Positions 43,664 to 55,756 of a DNA stretch of 64,000 nt are shown here, one piece after another. The notes beneath the pieces were generated by a model. It worked only from the letters and a program-made list of their open reading frames with translations, did not search any database and was not told the origin of the DNA. The position numbers were made by a program, and so were the translations under genes. The stretch lies in the NCBI GenBank assembly GCA_964493625.1, contig CAZBOU010000002.1, positions 7,410 to 71,409 on the forward strand, in the 5' to 3' direction. Source of the stretch: an uncultured Caldisericota bacterium. GTDB taxonomy: Bacteria > Caldisericota > Caldisericia > UBA6126. Every line of letters begins with the position of its first letter. Positions within the stretch are counted from its first letter, which is position 1.

Positions 43664-46600
43664 CTATCTCTCTTGATTCTTGATTAAACGAATCACAAAA
43701 TGATCATCAATATTTCTTTCCAAAACAACCGAAAAACGCATTTTAATACTTAAAAAGGCGATAGGAAGATAGGCTGTATCATTGATCTCCAAAATAGGGT
43801 TCACCCCCGTTATTGTCTGACCGTCAATGGCATACTTGTTTTGAAATAGATAAAATTCGTAAACATGTTGATCTAAATTTCGAATTGCGATTTTCTCTTC
43901 GTCAAAGTCATACGATAGATCCGCATCAAAAACTTGATATAGAAAACGAATGGGGATATAGACCTTTTCTTGGTATATAAACACATTGAGATCATTCATT
44001 TGTGGATCTTCACTGTTTAAACTATAGACTGCTTTGTCATAATTAATCCGGATTTCTGATACGGAATCTGGTGTGTTGGCAATTGTATACGTAACTTCGT
44101 TCAAAATTTCATCCGTTGGGCTGCGGTATTGTATGGTAAATTCGACAGTTTTTTCTAAATTTGGATTGGAAGAAAATAGTTTTAATGTAAAGACGCCATT
44201 GTCTGATGGTTTAGAAATCGTATAGTCCACAGTTGGAGTTATTTTTTTAACTGTATAATAATGATCTGGTTCCCAAGAGGGATTTTGCAAAACAATGGAT
44301 GTGGGGACAAGGGGAGAAAGAAAAACCTCATTGACAGATTTAGGAGAAATCCATTCTAGAAAACTAGATTCTGTAGTGGGACTTCCTGATTCTGTATTAG
44401 AGTCAGACAAAGGACCAAAAATAAAGAAAAGTAGTGTCGCTGCCAATGCAATCAATAAAACTGGCAGCCAATAGCGTTTTTTTGTAGATGACCCTGTACT
44501 TCCAGCATCTTTTTTCGGATGTTTCATGGAAAAAGTGGGGGAATTGGAGTTTGTTGAATCAATTTTTGCTGTTCTCTGGGTTTCTTGGTACACCTCTTTT
44601 TCTTTAGAGTATGTCACATTTTGGGAAGTTTTTTCTTTTTCGGGCTCTTTGGAACGAGGATCCATTTTTAGATCATCGTTGATAATTTTCCGAATATCCA
44701 CTTTGTTCTCATTGTTCATTTTCGCGGAGGGTTTATTCTTTATCGAAAAAGATACTTGTTTTTTTGGACTGTTCTTTTGTTGTAAGTCTCTATACAAACC
44801 CGTATCTGATGTGACGTTTAGAGGAGGTATTTGTGCTTCTTTGGGACCACGCTCCTTGCTTGGCCTGGAATCTTCTGAATCATATTTGGTGGCTGATGTA
44901 TCTGCAGCCTTGCCTGTGTAGCTTGTTAAAAAAGCTTCTAAGGCTTCTGTCATTTCTTCTGCTGTTTGAAAGCGTTGTTCTGGTTGTTTTGAGAGTGCTT
45001 TCAAAACAATCCTCTGAAGAGTCAAAGGAATACCTTTTTGAGACTCCTCAGGGAAACGAGGAACTTTTTTTAAGTGCATATCCATGACTTCAACTGGAAG
45101 GGTAGAGTCAAATGGGGGTGCCCCAGTGAGCATTTCAAATAGAAGAACACCAACAGCATAAATATCAGTTCTCGCATCTGAAAAGGATTGCGTTATCTGC
45201 TCGGGAGCTGTATATTGTACTACACCTAGAAACTCTCCACTTGACACACTAGAAGCATCCTCAACCCGTGTAAAACCCAAGGAGCTAATACGTGTTCTAC
45301 CTTTGTTTGGGATCATTACTACATCAGAATTTAAATCTCTATGAATAATTTTTCTTTGGTGCAAATAGCCCAAGGCATCCAAAACATCCAATGCAATTAA
45401 TACACTTCGCTTAATAGACAATTGTTCTCTCTTGAGAAGATTTTTAACAGAACTTCCCTCAACATATTCACGTATTACAAAATGGACCCCGTCTTCTTCA
45501 ATCACATCAATAAATTTCACAAAACCCGGGTGATCGATTTTCTTCATGGTCTCGATTTCTCTACTAATCCGTGTCTTAAATGTTGGCCTAGACTCATTAG
45601 GGAGCTGAATGGTAACGGGCACATCCTTAACCAAATCAATACCATAATACAGTTTGCTTAAAATCCGACGGAGAATGAGCTTTTGGATTCGATATCGGTG
45701 CTTAATCTCTTTTCCTATATAGGGGTCGGTATCGAACCCAAATTCAGCCTCGTGACTGGATTTTTCTGCATGAGGTTCAGGTCGTCGTGACTGTCTTGTT
45801 GCATTGTCCTCTTCCATCGCAGTCTCCTCTTGGCGCATATCTTCGTTTTCATGGTTTTGGCCTTTTGCATGCGTAGGCGATTCTTCATCGGCTGAAGAAA
45901 TCACAATGGGAGCTTCTGAATCTTGGGGGAGTAGCCCCGTTTTGGAATCATCACCATCGGATTGGAATACGAAAAAAGAGCCTTCTTCTTCGCCTTCCTC
46001 GTATTTAGGACGATAATACTGTGATACATCCTGCAATTCTTGAATATCTTTGAGTACTTCTTCCATATTTTGATAGCGCTCAGACTGCTTCTTTTTCAGC
46101 ATTTTCATAATCATGCTTGAGGCCTTCAGCAATAAATCTGGTTTTAATTTTTTGGGGGATTCAGGCATGACATTGATGTGTTGATAGGCAATATTCACAG
46201 AAGAGTTCTCGTCAGCAAAAGGCAACTGCCCTGTTGCCATTTCGTAAAAAACAACCCCAAGGGAATAGATGTCGGTTGTAGCATCAATTCTCCCGATTTT
46301 ATGATCCAATTGTTCCGGGGCACAATAGGATAGAGTCCCTACAATTTCTTTCGTATTCTGTTCAATGTTATCCAAACTGATGTTTCGAGAGAGCCCAAAG
46401 TCCGTTACTAATACGTGCCCGTTGTTGTCTACCATAATGTTGGACGATTTTATATCTTGGTGAACAATACTCTTGCGATGTGTGTAAGCAAGCGCCGTAG
46501 CAACACCTTGCAAAATGTTGGTGATAATGTTCAGAGGGAGTGGACCTGTTTGCATAGTCATTTGCTGCACAGTAAAACCCTCAATGTACTCCATTACAAT

Positions 46601-46849
46601 ATAGTATTTTGAACCCTGTTGTCCGTAGTCTAGAATGGAAACAATATTTGCATGCCTAAAAGAAGACAGCAAATCTGCTTCTTTCTGAAACCGATTAATA
46701 AAATTTTTATCTGCTGCTAAAAACTCAGATAATACTTTGATTGCAACGGGCTTATTAAGGGTCGGATGGTCCCCTCTATATACAATGGACATCCCACCTC
46801 TGCCAATTTCTTCAACTGCAACATATTTACCGAAATGAATTTTGTCCAT
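43664..46849 (-). CDS. Membrane Ser/Thr protein kinase with a second degenerate (pseudo)kinase domain and a CuAO-N-like ectodomain
   Basis: Domain 1: IGRGGMSIVY, VAIKVL, HQDIKSSN, TDFGLS, CAPE. Domain 2: no G-loop, VTIQ for VAIK, HRDLNSDV, SLGF for DFG, TAPE. TM segment YWLPVLLIALAATLLFFIFGPL. The ectodomain ends in VYIPIRFLYQVFDADLSYD and AYLPIAFLSIKMRFSVVLE. GGAGGG SD. Confidence 0.9.
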   Translation of the reverse strand: MDKIHFGKYVAVEEIGRGGMSIVYRGDHPTLNKPVAIKVLSEFLAADKNFINRFQKEADLLSSFRHANIVSILDYGQQGSKYYIVMEYIEGFTVQQMTMQTGPLPLNIITNILQGVATALAYTHRKSIVHQDIKSSNIMVDNNGHVLVTDFGLSRNISLDNIEQNTKEIVGTLSYCAPEQLDHKIGRIDATTDIYSLGVVFYEMATGQLPFADENSSVNIAYQHINVMPESPKKLKPDLLLKASSMIMKMLKKKQSERYQNMEEVLKDIQELQDVSQYYRPKYEEGEEEGSFFVFQSDGDDSKTGLLPQDSEAPIVISSADEESPTHAKGQNHENEDMRQEETAMEEDNATRQSRRPEPHAEKSSHEAEFGFDTDPYIGKEIKHRYRIQKLILRRILSKLYYGIDLVKDVPVTIQLPNESRPTFKTRISREIETMKKIDHPGFVKFIDVIEEDGVHFVIREYVEGSSVKNLLKREQLSIKRSVLIALDVLDALGYLHQRKIIHRDLNSDVVMIPNKGRTRISSLGFTRVEDASSVSSGEFLGVVQYTAPEQITQSFSDARTDIYAVGVLLFEMLTGAPPFDSTLPVEVMDMHLKKVPRFPEESQKGIPLTLQRIVLKALSKQPEQRFQTAEEMTEALEAFLTSYTGKAADTSATKYDSEDSRPSKERGPKEAQIPPLNVTSDTGLYRDLQQKNSPKKQVSFSIKNKPSAKMNNENKVDIRKIINDDLKMDPRSKEPEKEKTSQNVTYSKEKEVYQETQRTAKIDSTNSNSPTFSMKHPKKDAGSTGSSTKKRYWLPVLLIALAATLLFFIFGPLSDSNTESGSPTTESSFLEWISPKSVNEVFLSPLVPTSIVLQNPSWEPDHYYTVKKITPTVDYTISKPSDNGVFTLKLFSSNPNLEKTVEFTIQYRSPTDEILNEVTYTIANTPDSVSEIRINYDKAVYSLNSEDPQMNDLNVFIYQEKVYIPIRFLYQVFDADLSYDFDEEKIAIRNLDQHVYEFYLFQNKYAIDGQTITGVNPILEINDTAYLPIAFLSIKMRFSVVLERNIDDHFVIRLIKNQER

Positions 46850-46869
46850 TCATTACCCTCCAGACACAC

Positions 46870-46942
46870 AGCCGATGGTCAGAGTCGAACTGACGACCTG
46901 CTGATTACGAATCAGCTGCTCTACCAGCTGAGCTACATCGGC
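46870..46942 (-). tRNA. tRNA-Thr (anticodon CGU)
   Basis: GCCGATGTAGCTCAGCTGGTAGAGCAGCTGATTCGTAATCAGCAGGTCGTCAGTTCGACTCTGACCATCGGCT folds as a complete cloverleaf with anticodon loop TTCGTAA. No encoded CCA. Confidence 0.95.
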
Positions 46943-46954
46943 GAACAATAAATA

Positions 46955-47026
46955 TGGGCGGAACAGGATTCGAACCTGTGGCCCCTTCCGTGTGAGGGAA
47001 GTGCTCTACCTCTGAGCCACCCGCCC
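46955..47026 (-). tRNA. tRNA-Val (anticodon CAC)
   Basis: GGGCGGGTGGCTCAGAGGTAGAGCACTTCCCTCACACGGAAGGGGCCACAGGTTCGAATCCTGTTCCGCCCA folds as a complete cloverleaf with anticodon loop CTCACAC. Confidence 0.95.
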
Positions 47027-47049
47027 ATCCCTTGCAAAATTCTAAGTTA

Positions 47050-47077
47050 AGTATAAACTTGACTGCATAGAAGTCAA
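47050..47077 (-). promoter_or_regulatory. Strong sigma70-type promoter upstream of tRNA-Val
   Basis: On the minus strand: TTGACT (47077-47072), 16 bp spacer, TATACT (47055-47050), about 23 nt before the tRNA-Val 5' end. Confidence 0.6.
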
Positions 47078-47110
47078 TGAAACGCGTATACCATACAAAG
47101 GGGTTTTATT

Positions 47111-49102
47111 TTGATCAGTGTTTGGATTGCCTTTCTGATGAGTGTTTTGGGGTTTTTTTTTGTGTTTCAGTTTGTTCGATCCATTTTGCAGTATCCGGCA
47201 GAAAAATCGATCCAAGAAATTGGATTTATTATTCGGCGGGGTGCTTTTGCATATCTTCGACGTCAATATAAAATACTGACACCTTTCGTACTTGGATTCA
47301 CCCTGTTTATCATATTTTTATTCTCAGTAGAATTTGCTATTATGTTTTTCGTAGGATCCCTCTTTTCCATTTGCAGTGGTTTGATTGGCATGAGTATCTC
47401 TACAATTGCGAATTACAAGACAACGGCAGCTGCCAAAAAAAATATCCAATCCGCCCTCTATGTTTCTTTTACGGGCGGTTCCATTATGGGTATTGCTACA
47501 TGTAGTTTTGGCATTTTGGGTCTATCGCTGAGTTTTATTCTCGCACAGTACCTTACTTCACTTTCTCCCATCAGTATTCTCCTTGGTTATTCTTTAGGAG
47601 CTTCTTTGGTAGCTCTCTTTGCTAGGATAGGAGGAGGTATTTTTACAAAAGCTGCCGATATCGGAGCTGATATCGTGGGAAAAACAGAAGCCCATATTCC
47701 CGAAGATGACCCACGAAACCCCGCCGTCATTGCAGATAATGTTGGAGATAACGTGGGGGATGTAGCTGGAATGGGTGCGGATCTTTTTGAATCCTATATT
47801 GGAGCAACCTATGGTTGTTTTGCCCTTATTGCTCTGTTTTATGAGGGCAATCCTACGTACATTTCTTTTATCTTTACTCTCCTGTCTATTGGATTTTTTA
47901 GCTCCCTTGTTGTCATATTTTTTTCTAGACACATGTCAAGAAAAAAAAATGTGAATCCAAGTTTCATGATTAAAAATATTGGCGTTTTTTCGTCCCTTAT
48001 GGCTATTGTTCTCACCTTTTTTGCCAGTTACTATCTCCTCCAAAATTTATTCTTTTTCTATACAGTTACAGTGGGAATCATTTGTGGTTCTGTTATTGGC
48101 TTCATCACAGACTATTATACCTCCGCTGCACCGATTCGAACCATTGCATCGGCATCTGAAGCTGGCACTGCAAGCAATATCTTAAGTGGTTTCAGCTATG
48201 GAATGCAAAGCACGTTTCTTACTATTACAACCATAGTTATTGCTGTATTTTTTTCCTATGCGCTTATGAATGTTTTTGGGATTGCTCTGGCAGGGCTTGG
48301 AATGCTCATCACCGTAGCAGCAACCATTTCTGTTGATGCGTATGGCCCCATATCGGACAACGCCGGTGGCATTGCCGAAATGACTCATCAACCTGAATAT
48401 GTTCGACAAACCACTGACAAGTTGGATTCTATAGGCAACACTACTGCCGCTATCGGGAAAGGGTTCTCCATTGGATCAGCCGCACTCACTGCACTAACTC
48501 TGTTTAACACATTTACTCACCTAGACAAAATTCAGGCTTTGCACACTTCCTTTTCTCTTGATAATCCGCAGGTCATTATTGGCCTCTTTGTTGGTGGGAT
48601 GCTACCGTTTCTTTTTTCTGCTCTTACAATCAATTCTGTCACGCAAGCTGCCACCCCTATGGTAGAAGAAGTTCGTCGCCAGTTCAAAGAGAAACCAGGA
48701 CTTCTGAAAGGACTCACCGCACCAGATTATGAAAAGTGTATTGATATATCCACTACGGGTGCCATCAAGGGAATGATTCTGCCCTCTTTGCTGGGAATTG
48801 TATTTCCTTTTGTATTGTATACAACTATTGGGATTGAATCTGTTATAGGCTTGCTTGCAGGAGTTCTTGTATGCGGTGTTACAATGGCAATTTTTATGTC
48901 CAATAGCGGAGGTGCCTGGGACAATGCAAAAAAATATATTGAATCAGGGTTTCATGGGGGGAAAGGTTCCATTGCTCACATTGCCTCTGTTACGGGAGAT
49001 ACTGTAGGAGATCCCTTAAAAGACACAGCCGGGCCTTCTTTAAATATTCTCATCAAACTAATATCCATTGTAACACTAACCTTTATTCCGCTTTTTCTAT
49101 AA
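47111..49102 (+). CDS. hppA: Membrane-integral pyrophosphatase, K+-dependent type
   Basis: GDNVGDVAGMGADLFESY, DNAGGIAEM, GDTVGDPLKDTAGPSLN. GNTTAAIGKGF carries Ala rather than Lys, the K+-dependent signature. TTG start as given in the track. Confidence 0.93.
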   Translation: MISVWIAFLMSVLGFFFVFQFVRSILQYPAEKSIQEIGFIIRRGAFAYLRRQYKILTPFVLGFTLFIIFLFSVEFAIMFFVGSLFSICSGLIGMSISTIANYKTTAAAKKNIQSALYVSFTGGSIMGIATCSFGILGLSLSFILAQYLTSLSPISILLGYSLGASLVALFARIGGGIFTKAADIGADIVGKTEAHIPEDDPRNPAVIADNVGDNVGDVAGMGADLFESYIGATYGCFALIALFYEGNPTYISFIFTLLSIGFFSSLVVIFFSRHMSRKKNVNPSFMIKNIGVFSSLMAIVLTFFASYYLLQNLFFFYTVTVGIICGSVIGFITDYYTSAAPIRTIASASEAGTASNILSGFSYGMQSTFLTITTIVIAVFFSYALMNVFGIALAGLGMLITVAATISVDAYGPISDNAGGIAEMTHQPEYVRQTTDKLDSIGNTTAAIGKGFSIGSAALTALTLFNTFTHLDKIQALHTSFSLDNPQVIIGLFVGGMLPFLFSALTINSVTQAATPMVEEVRRQFKEKPGLLKGLTAPDYEKCIDISTTGAIKGMILPSLLGIVFPFVLYTTIGIESVIGLLAGVLVCGVTMAIFMSNSGGAWDNAKKYIESGFHGGKGSIAHIASVTGDTVGDPLKDTAGPSLNILIKLISIVTLTFIPLFL

Positions 49103-49120
49103 CTCTTCAAAGGAGAAACT

Positions 49121-50131
49121 ATGAAACGAATTGGCATTTTTACATCTGGACGTGACGCCCCAGGAACCAATGCTGTTCTTCGGGCCATTGCGAGAACTTC
49201 CTTTGAACACTCCTATGAAGTAATCGCTTTCCGTAACGGAATGGAAGGTGTTGTTTCCAACCATTCCTTTTTGATGGATCGATCGTATGTATCTGGGATT
49301 CTCCCCATTGGTGGTACCATTCTAGGAACTTCTTTGAGCGATCCCTACCTAGAAAATCACAATGCAATGAAAGACACAAAAAAGATTCAAGAAAAGCTTT
49401 CCATCACTAGCTTTATTGGGGTTGGTTCTTTCTCTACCATGAAATTGTGTGCATTTATGAAGGCATCCGACATCCCTGTTATTGGAATCCCTGCCACTAT
49501 CGACAACAACATTCCCGGAACCGATTATAGTGTTGGTTTTCAAACCGCTGTCGACTATGTTTCAAGATCCCTAGATCGGTTACACTCCACTGCCTCCTCT
49601 CACCACCGAGTTTTCTTAGTGGAAGTTATGGGAGGTCAATGCGGTTGGATTGCTCTTCATGGAGGCCTTACGGGAGGTGCTGATCTCATCATCATCCCAG
49701 AAAAATCGTATTCAGTGCAAGAAGTTATCACCCATATACGAAGGCGAGAAGGAGAAGGTAAATTCTTTTCTATCGTTGTTCTTGCAGACACGGCTGGCTT
49801 TCCTGTCGACATATCCGACAAGGAAAAACAACAAATTGATGATCACAATGGGCTTCTTCAGTTCTTATCTCATGAAATATCCAAAGAAACGGGTATGGAA
49901 ACAAGACAGCTAATCTTGGGACACTTGCAACGAGGTGGATCGCCATTGGCATCAGACAGGCTACTTGGAACCCTTCTAGGCAATGCAAGCGTTGAATCTG
50001 TTCGACGAGGGAATACGGGTGTTCTGGTGGGTCAAGTAAATGGTCAGATTGAATACACTGACTTAGAATCTATCAAAGAAAAGAGACCTGTCGATTTACA
50101 ACTGTTAAATACTGCAAAAATATTTTTCTAA
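49121..50131 (+). CDS. pfk: Phosphofructokinase-family protein with divergent nucleotide-site motifs
   Basis: PFK fold throughout (IGIFTSGRDAPGTNAVLR, PATIDNNIPGTDYSVGF, LVEVMGG, LGHLQRGG), but GVGSFS sits where GGDGS is expected. See finding. Confidence 0.8.
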   Translation: MKRIGIFTSGRDAPGTNAVLRAIARTSFEHSYEVIAFRNGMEGVVSNHSFLMDRSYVSGILPIGGTILGTSLSDPYLENHNAMKDTKKIQEKLSITSFIGVGSFSTMKLCAFMKASDIPVIGIPATIDNNIPGTDYSVGFQTAVDYVSRSLDRLHSTASSHHRVFLVEVMGGQCGWIALHGGLTGGADLIIIPEKSYSVQEVITHIRRREGEGKFFSIVVLADTAGFPVDISDKEKQQIDDHNGLLQFLSHEISKETGMETRQLILGHLQRGGSPLASDRLLGTLLGNASVESVRRGNTGVLVGQVNGQIEYTDLESIKEKRPVDLQLLNTAKIFF

Positions 50132-50145
50132 TTAAGGAGATGGTT

Positions 50146-53101
<2,956 letters not shown>

Positions 53102-53123
53102 CTCTCGCAAATTTATTCCTCAT

Positions 53124-53157
53124 AAAAAAAAGCCCTCTCCAAGAGAGGGCTTTTTTT
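53124..53157. terminator. Bidirectional rho-independent terminator between convergent ligA and the 853-aa gene
   Basis: AGCCCTCTC (53131-53139) / GAGAGGGCT (53143-53151), flanked by an A-run upstream and a T-run downstream. Confidence 0.85.
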
Positions 53158-53177
53158 GTTGTTACAACTAACAGATG

Positions 53178-55739
53178 TTAGGATTTTGGATAAATAAGTG
53201 TAATGGTTTGCGTGGCTCCATCCCATCCTACTTCTGCGCCAAATGTTTCGGCACAGAATCGCAGAGGTACCATGGTTCTACCATTAATTATGGTTGGCGG
53301 AGCATCTAGGATCATAGGTTCATCGTTTACCATAGCAGTGCTTCTGCCAATCCACAGCTGTATGGTTTTTCCGTAATAGATTAAGGTAATCTTCTGTTCA
53401 TTGCCGTCCCAACCAACTTCAGCACCAAAGGTTTCCGATATAAATCGCAAGGGAACCATAGTTCTACCATTAATAATAGTGGGTGGGGCATCTAGTTGAA
53501 CAAGTTGTCCATTGACTTCAGCCTGGTTGTTTCCGATGCGCAGAATAACAATTTTCTTTTCAGGATAAACAATGTGCAGCTCGACTACATTTTCGTTACC
53601 GATCTTATCAACTGCCTTTATGACAAAGACATTGACTTCTTCTTCAAGGGTCACTTCGTAGGCAAATTTTCCACCTTTTCCTAGCTCAATTTCCTTATCA
53701 TCAATCGTTACAATTACGTCTTCTTCGTCACATTGACCAATGATGTAAAATTTATCTTCGGTGGAAATTGCATAGTCAGGCGTTGTAATATTTAAAGAAG
53801 GAGGCTTGGTGTCAAGGTAAATGGTAAGAGTCTCTTCGCCCTTGTTACCAACGTCATCTTCTGTTTCAACTAAGATCTCATTTTCCCCTTCTTCTAGTTC
53901 GATAAAGAATTCAAAATAACCATCTGCATCTAGCTCTGCTTCATCGTCATTAATGTAAACGAAAGCTGTAGGTTCAGTTTGACCCTTTAACGCAATCTCT
54001 ACTTCTTTGGTATACAGTTCTCCGTCAATTTCAATGAATTCTGATAGATCCCACTCAATTACAGGTGGTTCTTCATCAACCACAGTAATTAAGACTGCTA
54101 AGAGAACCTTTCCACCATTGGTATCAAAGATAACTCTTCCAGAATGATCCCCTTGGTCCATATTCCAAGTATTAATGGTCAATATAGCTTCTGATGTATT
54201 GTCGTCGACCGAATCGATATCAATGGATAACCAGTCTTGATCTACTTCGACAGTTCCTTCTAGGCCATCAATGCCAACGTTTTCAAGAGAAAGTTCAATG
54301 TCGGTTATGGTATTTCGTTCAACCTTATCTAGTAGAATTCTGTCAGGAGATACTTCTAGTTTGGGTGCAAGAGACTGGTAACAGAATATTTCTTGTCGTC
54401 CAGTAAAAAAGATTTTATTGCCATATACAAGTACATGTCCAATGATTTCTTCGTCAATATCTTCTTTCCAGACACGTTTTCCACGCCTGGAAGCATCAAG
54501 AATAATAACTTCTGTACCGCCTGTAAGAGAATTGTTGGAAATCTCAGGACTAAAACACACAATGTAATCGCCAGCAAGGGCCATGTTTTCGAACTGAGAG
54601 GTACCGCCAACAGATTTAGACCAATTGTCTTTGCCATCAGTCTTGTCGAGTGCCCACAATTTGCCTTGCGCATCTTGCACAAAGATATAGTCTTCATTCA
54701 TGGCTGGTGCAGTACCAAAGCACAAAGTATTGGTTTGATAGAATTCCCAGATTTCTTCTCCAGAGTCCAGATCATGAGCAGATACAACCAAAGAAGCTGA
54801 ATTGCCCTCTATACGTCCACGGATAAAATATACTTGTTCGTCGTCGTTGCAAGAAGCCACGCCTAGTCCTTCATTGTCAATATAATCCCATATAATATTA
54901 CCGGTATCTGCATCAATACAATATAAGTAACCGGGGGGAGTTATAGATAGGCGGCCTTCACTTGAGATAGTAAATCCGGCTGAAGAGGTATACAGGTACT
55001 CTTCATGCACTGATACGGGGGAGGCCCATCCGAGGTATTCTCCGCCTTCAATGTCAACTTCCCAGTCAACATCACCGGTTTCAGCATCCATCTTTACCAA
55101 TAACGAACTATCGGTTTTGTACATGAAATCATCGTCGTCTTCACCAATAAACGCAAACATGGTTTTGAAATATAAAAATCCTTCACTGGCCGTGATAGGA
55201 GATGAGATAGCACCAGTAGCTTCGCTAACCCACTCTTCATCACCATCTTCCAATGTAAAAGCAGTGATAACTGTTAAGCCAGTTCCTTTGGTTCCAAAAC
55301 CATCGGTAGAAGCAACATAAATAAGCCCTAAGACAGGATCAATAGCAGGGCAAGAAATAGAGAGACGATGTTCTGTTTCTGCTCTCCAGATTTCTTCTCC
55401 AGATTCCATTTCAACTGCAATCAATTCTGCTGCCTGCCCTCCGCGCGAACCATCATAAAGGACAGAATATAAAATACCATCATAAGCAACTGAACCAGTA
55501 CCAAGAGATTGGTTCGATCCAGCATCGCTGTCAAATGGCCAATCCATAGCTTCTTCAAACTCGTCCCCTAAAGTTTTTGGAGAATAATTTGTTCCATACG
55601 CATCATGAGAATACATCAGCCATGGATGTATACCCGTTCCATCGGGAGCATTGTTCCCTATTTCAGAAAAAGCATTTACAGATAAGGACAATCCAGCAAC
55701 TAGGATAAATGATAAAAATAGACTAATAAATCGTCTCAT
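53178..55739 (-). CDS. Secreted PQQ-like beta-propeller protein with Ig-like modules and two C-terminal CuAO-N-like repeats
   Basis: Signal peptide MRRFISLFLSFILVAGLSLSVNA. PQQ-like blades (MESGEEIWRAE, AETGDVDWEV, ADTGNIIWDY, LDSGEEIWEF). Ig-like modules (ENEILVETEDDVGNKG; NVFVIKAVDKIGNEN). LDAPPTIINGRTMVPLRF(IS/CA)ETFGAEVGWDG occurs twice. GGAGGGG SD. Confidence 0.8.
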   Translation of the reverse strand: MRRFISLFLSFILVAGLSLSVNAFSEIGNNAPDGTGIHPWLMYSHDAYGTNYSPKTLGDEFEEAMDWPFDSDAGSNQSLGTGSVAYDGILYSVLYDGSRGGQAAELIAVEMESGEEIWRAETEHRLSISCPAIDPVLGLIYVASTDGFGTKGTGLTVITAFTLEDGDEEWVSEATGAISSPITASEGFLYFKTMFAFIGEDDDDFMYKTDSSLLVKMDAETGDVDWEVDIEGGEYLGWASPVSVHEEYLYTSSAGFTISSEGRLSITPPGYLYCIDADTGNIIWDYIDNEGLGVASCNDDEQVYFIRGRIEGNSASLVVSAHDLDSGEEIWEFYQTNTLCFGTAPAMNEDYIFVQDAQGKLWALDKTDGKDNWSKSVGGTSQFENMALAGDYIVCFSPEISNNSLTGGTEVIILDASRRGKRVWKEDIDEEIIGHVLVYGNKIFFTGRQEIFCYQSLAPKLEVSPDRILLDKVERNTITDIELSLENVGIDGLEGTVEVDQDWLSIDIDSVDDNTSEAILTINTWNMDQGDHSGRVIFDTNGGKVLLAVLITVVDEEPPVIEWDLSEFIEIDGELYTKEVEIALKGQTEPTAFVYINDDEAELDADGYFEFFIELEEGENEILVETEDDVGNKGEETLTIYLDTKPPSLNITTPDYAISTEDKFYIIGQCDEEDVIVTIDDKEIELGKGGKFAYEVTLEEEVNVFVIKAVDKIGNENVVELHIVYPEKKIVILRIGNNQAEVNGQLVQLDAPPTIINGRTMVPLRFISETFGAEVGWDGNEQKITLIYYGKTIQLWIGRSTAMVNDEPMILDAPPTIINGRTMVPLRFCAETFGAEVGWDGATQTITLIYPKS

Positions 55740-55756
55740 GGTCCCCTCCTGTCGAA

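Noticed and set aside
16698-46849. A defence system built from the Lon-like, TPR, STK or radical SAM genes (BREX BrxL-like, Thoeris-like or kinase-based).
   Set aside because: The genes are dispersed among housekeeping operons. The Lon-like domain lacks both an AAA+ module and the catalytic Ser. No methyltransferase, nuclease, SIR2/TIR or helicase partners are present. The kinase is embedded in the pilus operon.
46850-47110. Integration hotspot or mobile element next to the tRNA genes.
   Set aside because: There is no integrase, recombinase, direct repeat of a tRNA 3' end or compositional break. The flanks are the kinase/tad operon and hppA.
47042-47271. ORFs 47042-47266 (minus) and 47077-47271 (plus).
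   Set aside because: They span the tRNA promoter region and the hppA N-terminus in the wrong frame or strand. Their translations are not protein-like.
53196-53500. A DNA-level tandem repeat in the 3' end of the 853-aa gene.
   Set aside because: The duplication is an intragenic domain duplication of the two CuAO-N-like repeats. It is conserved at protein level but clearly diverged at DNA level, so it is not a repeat element or CRISPR-like array.
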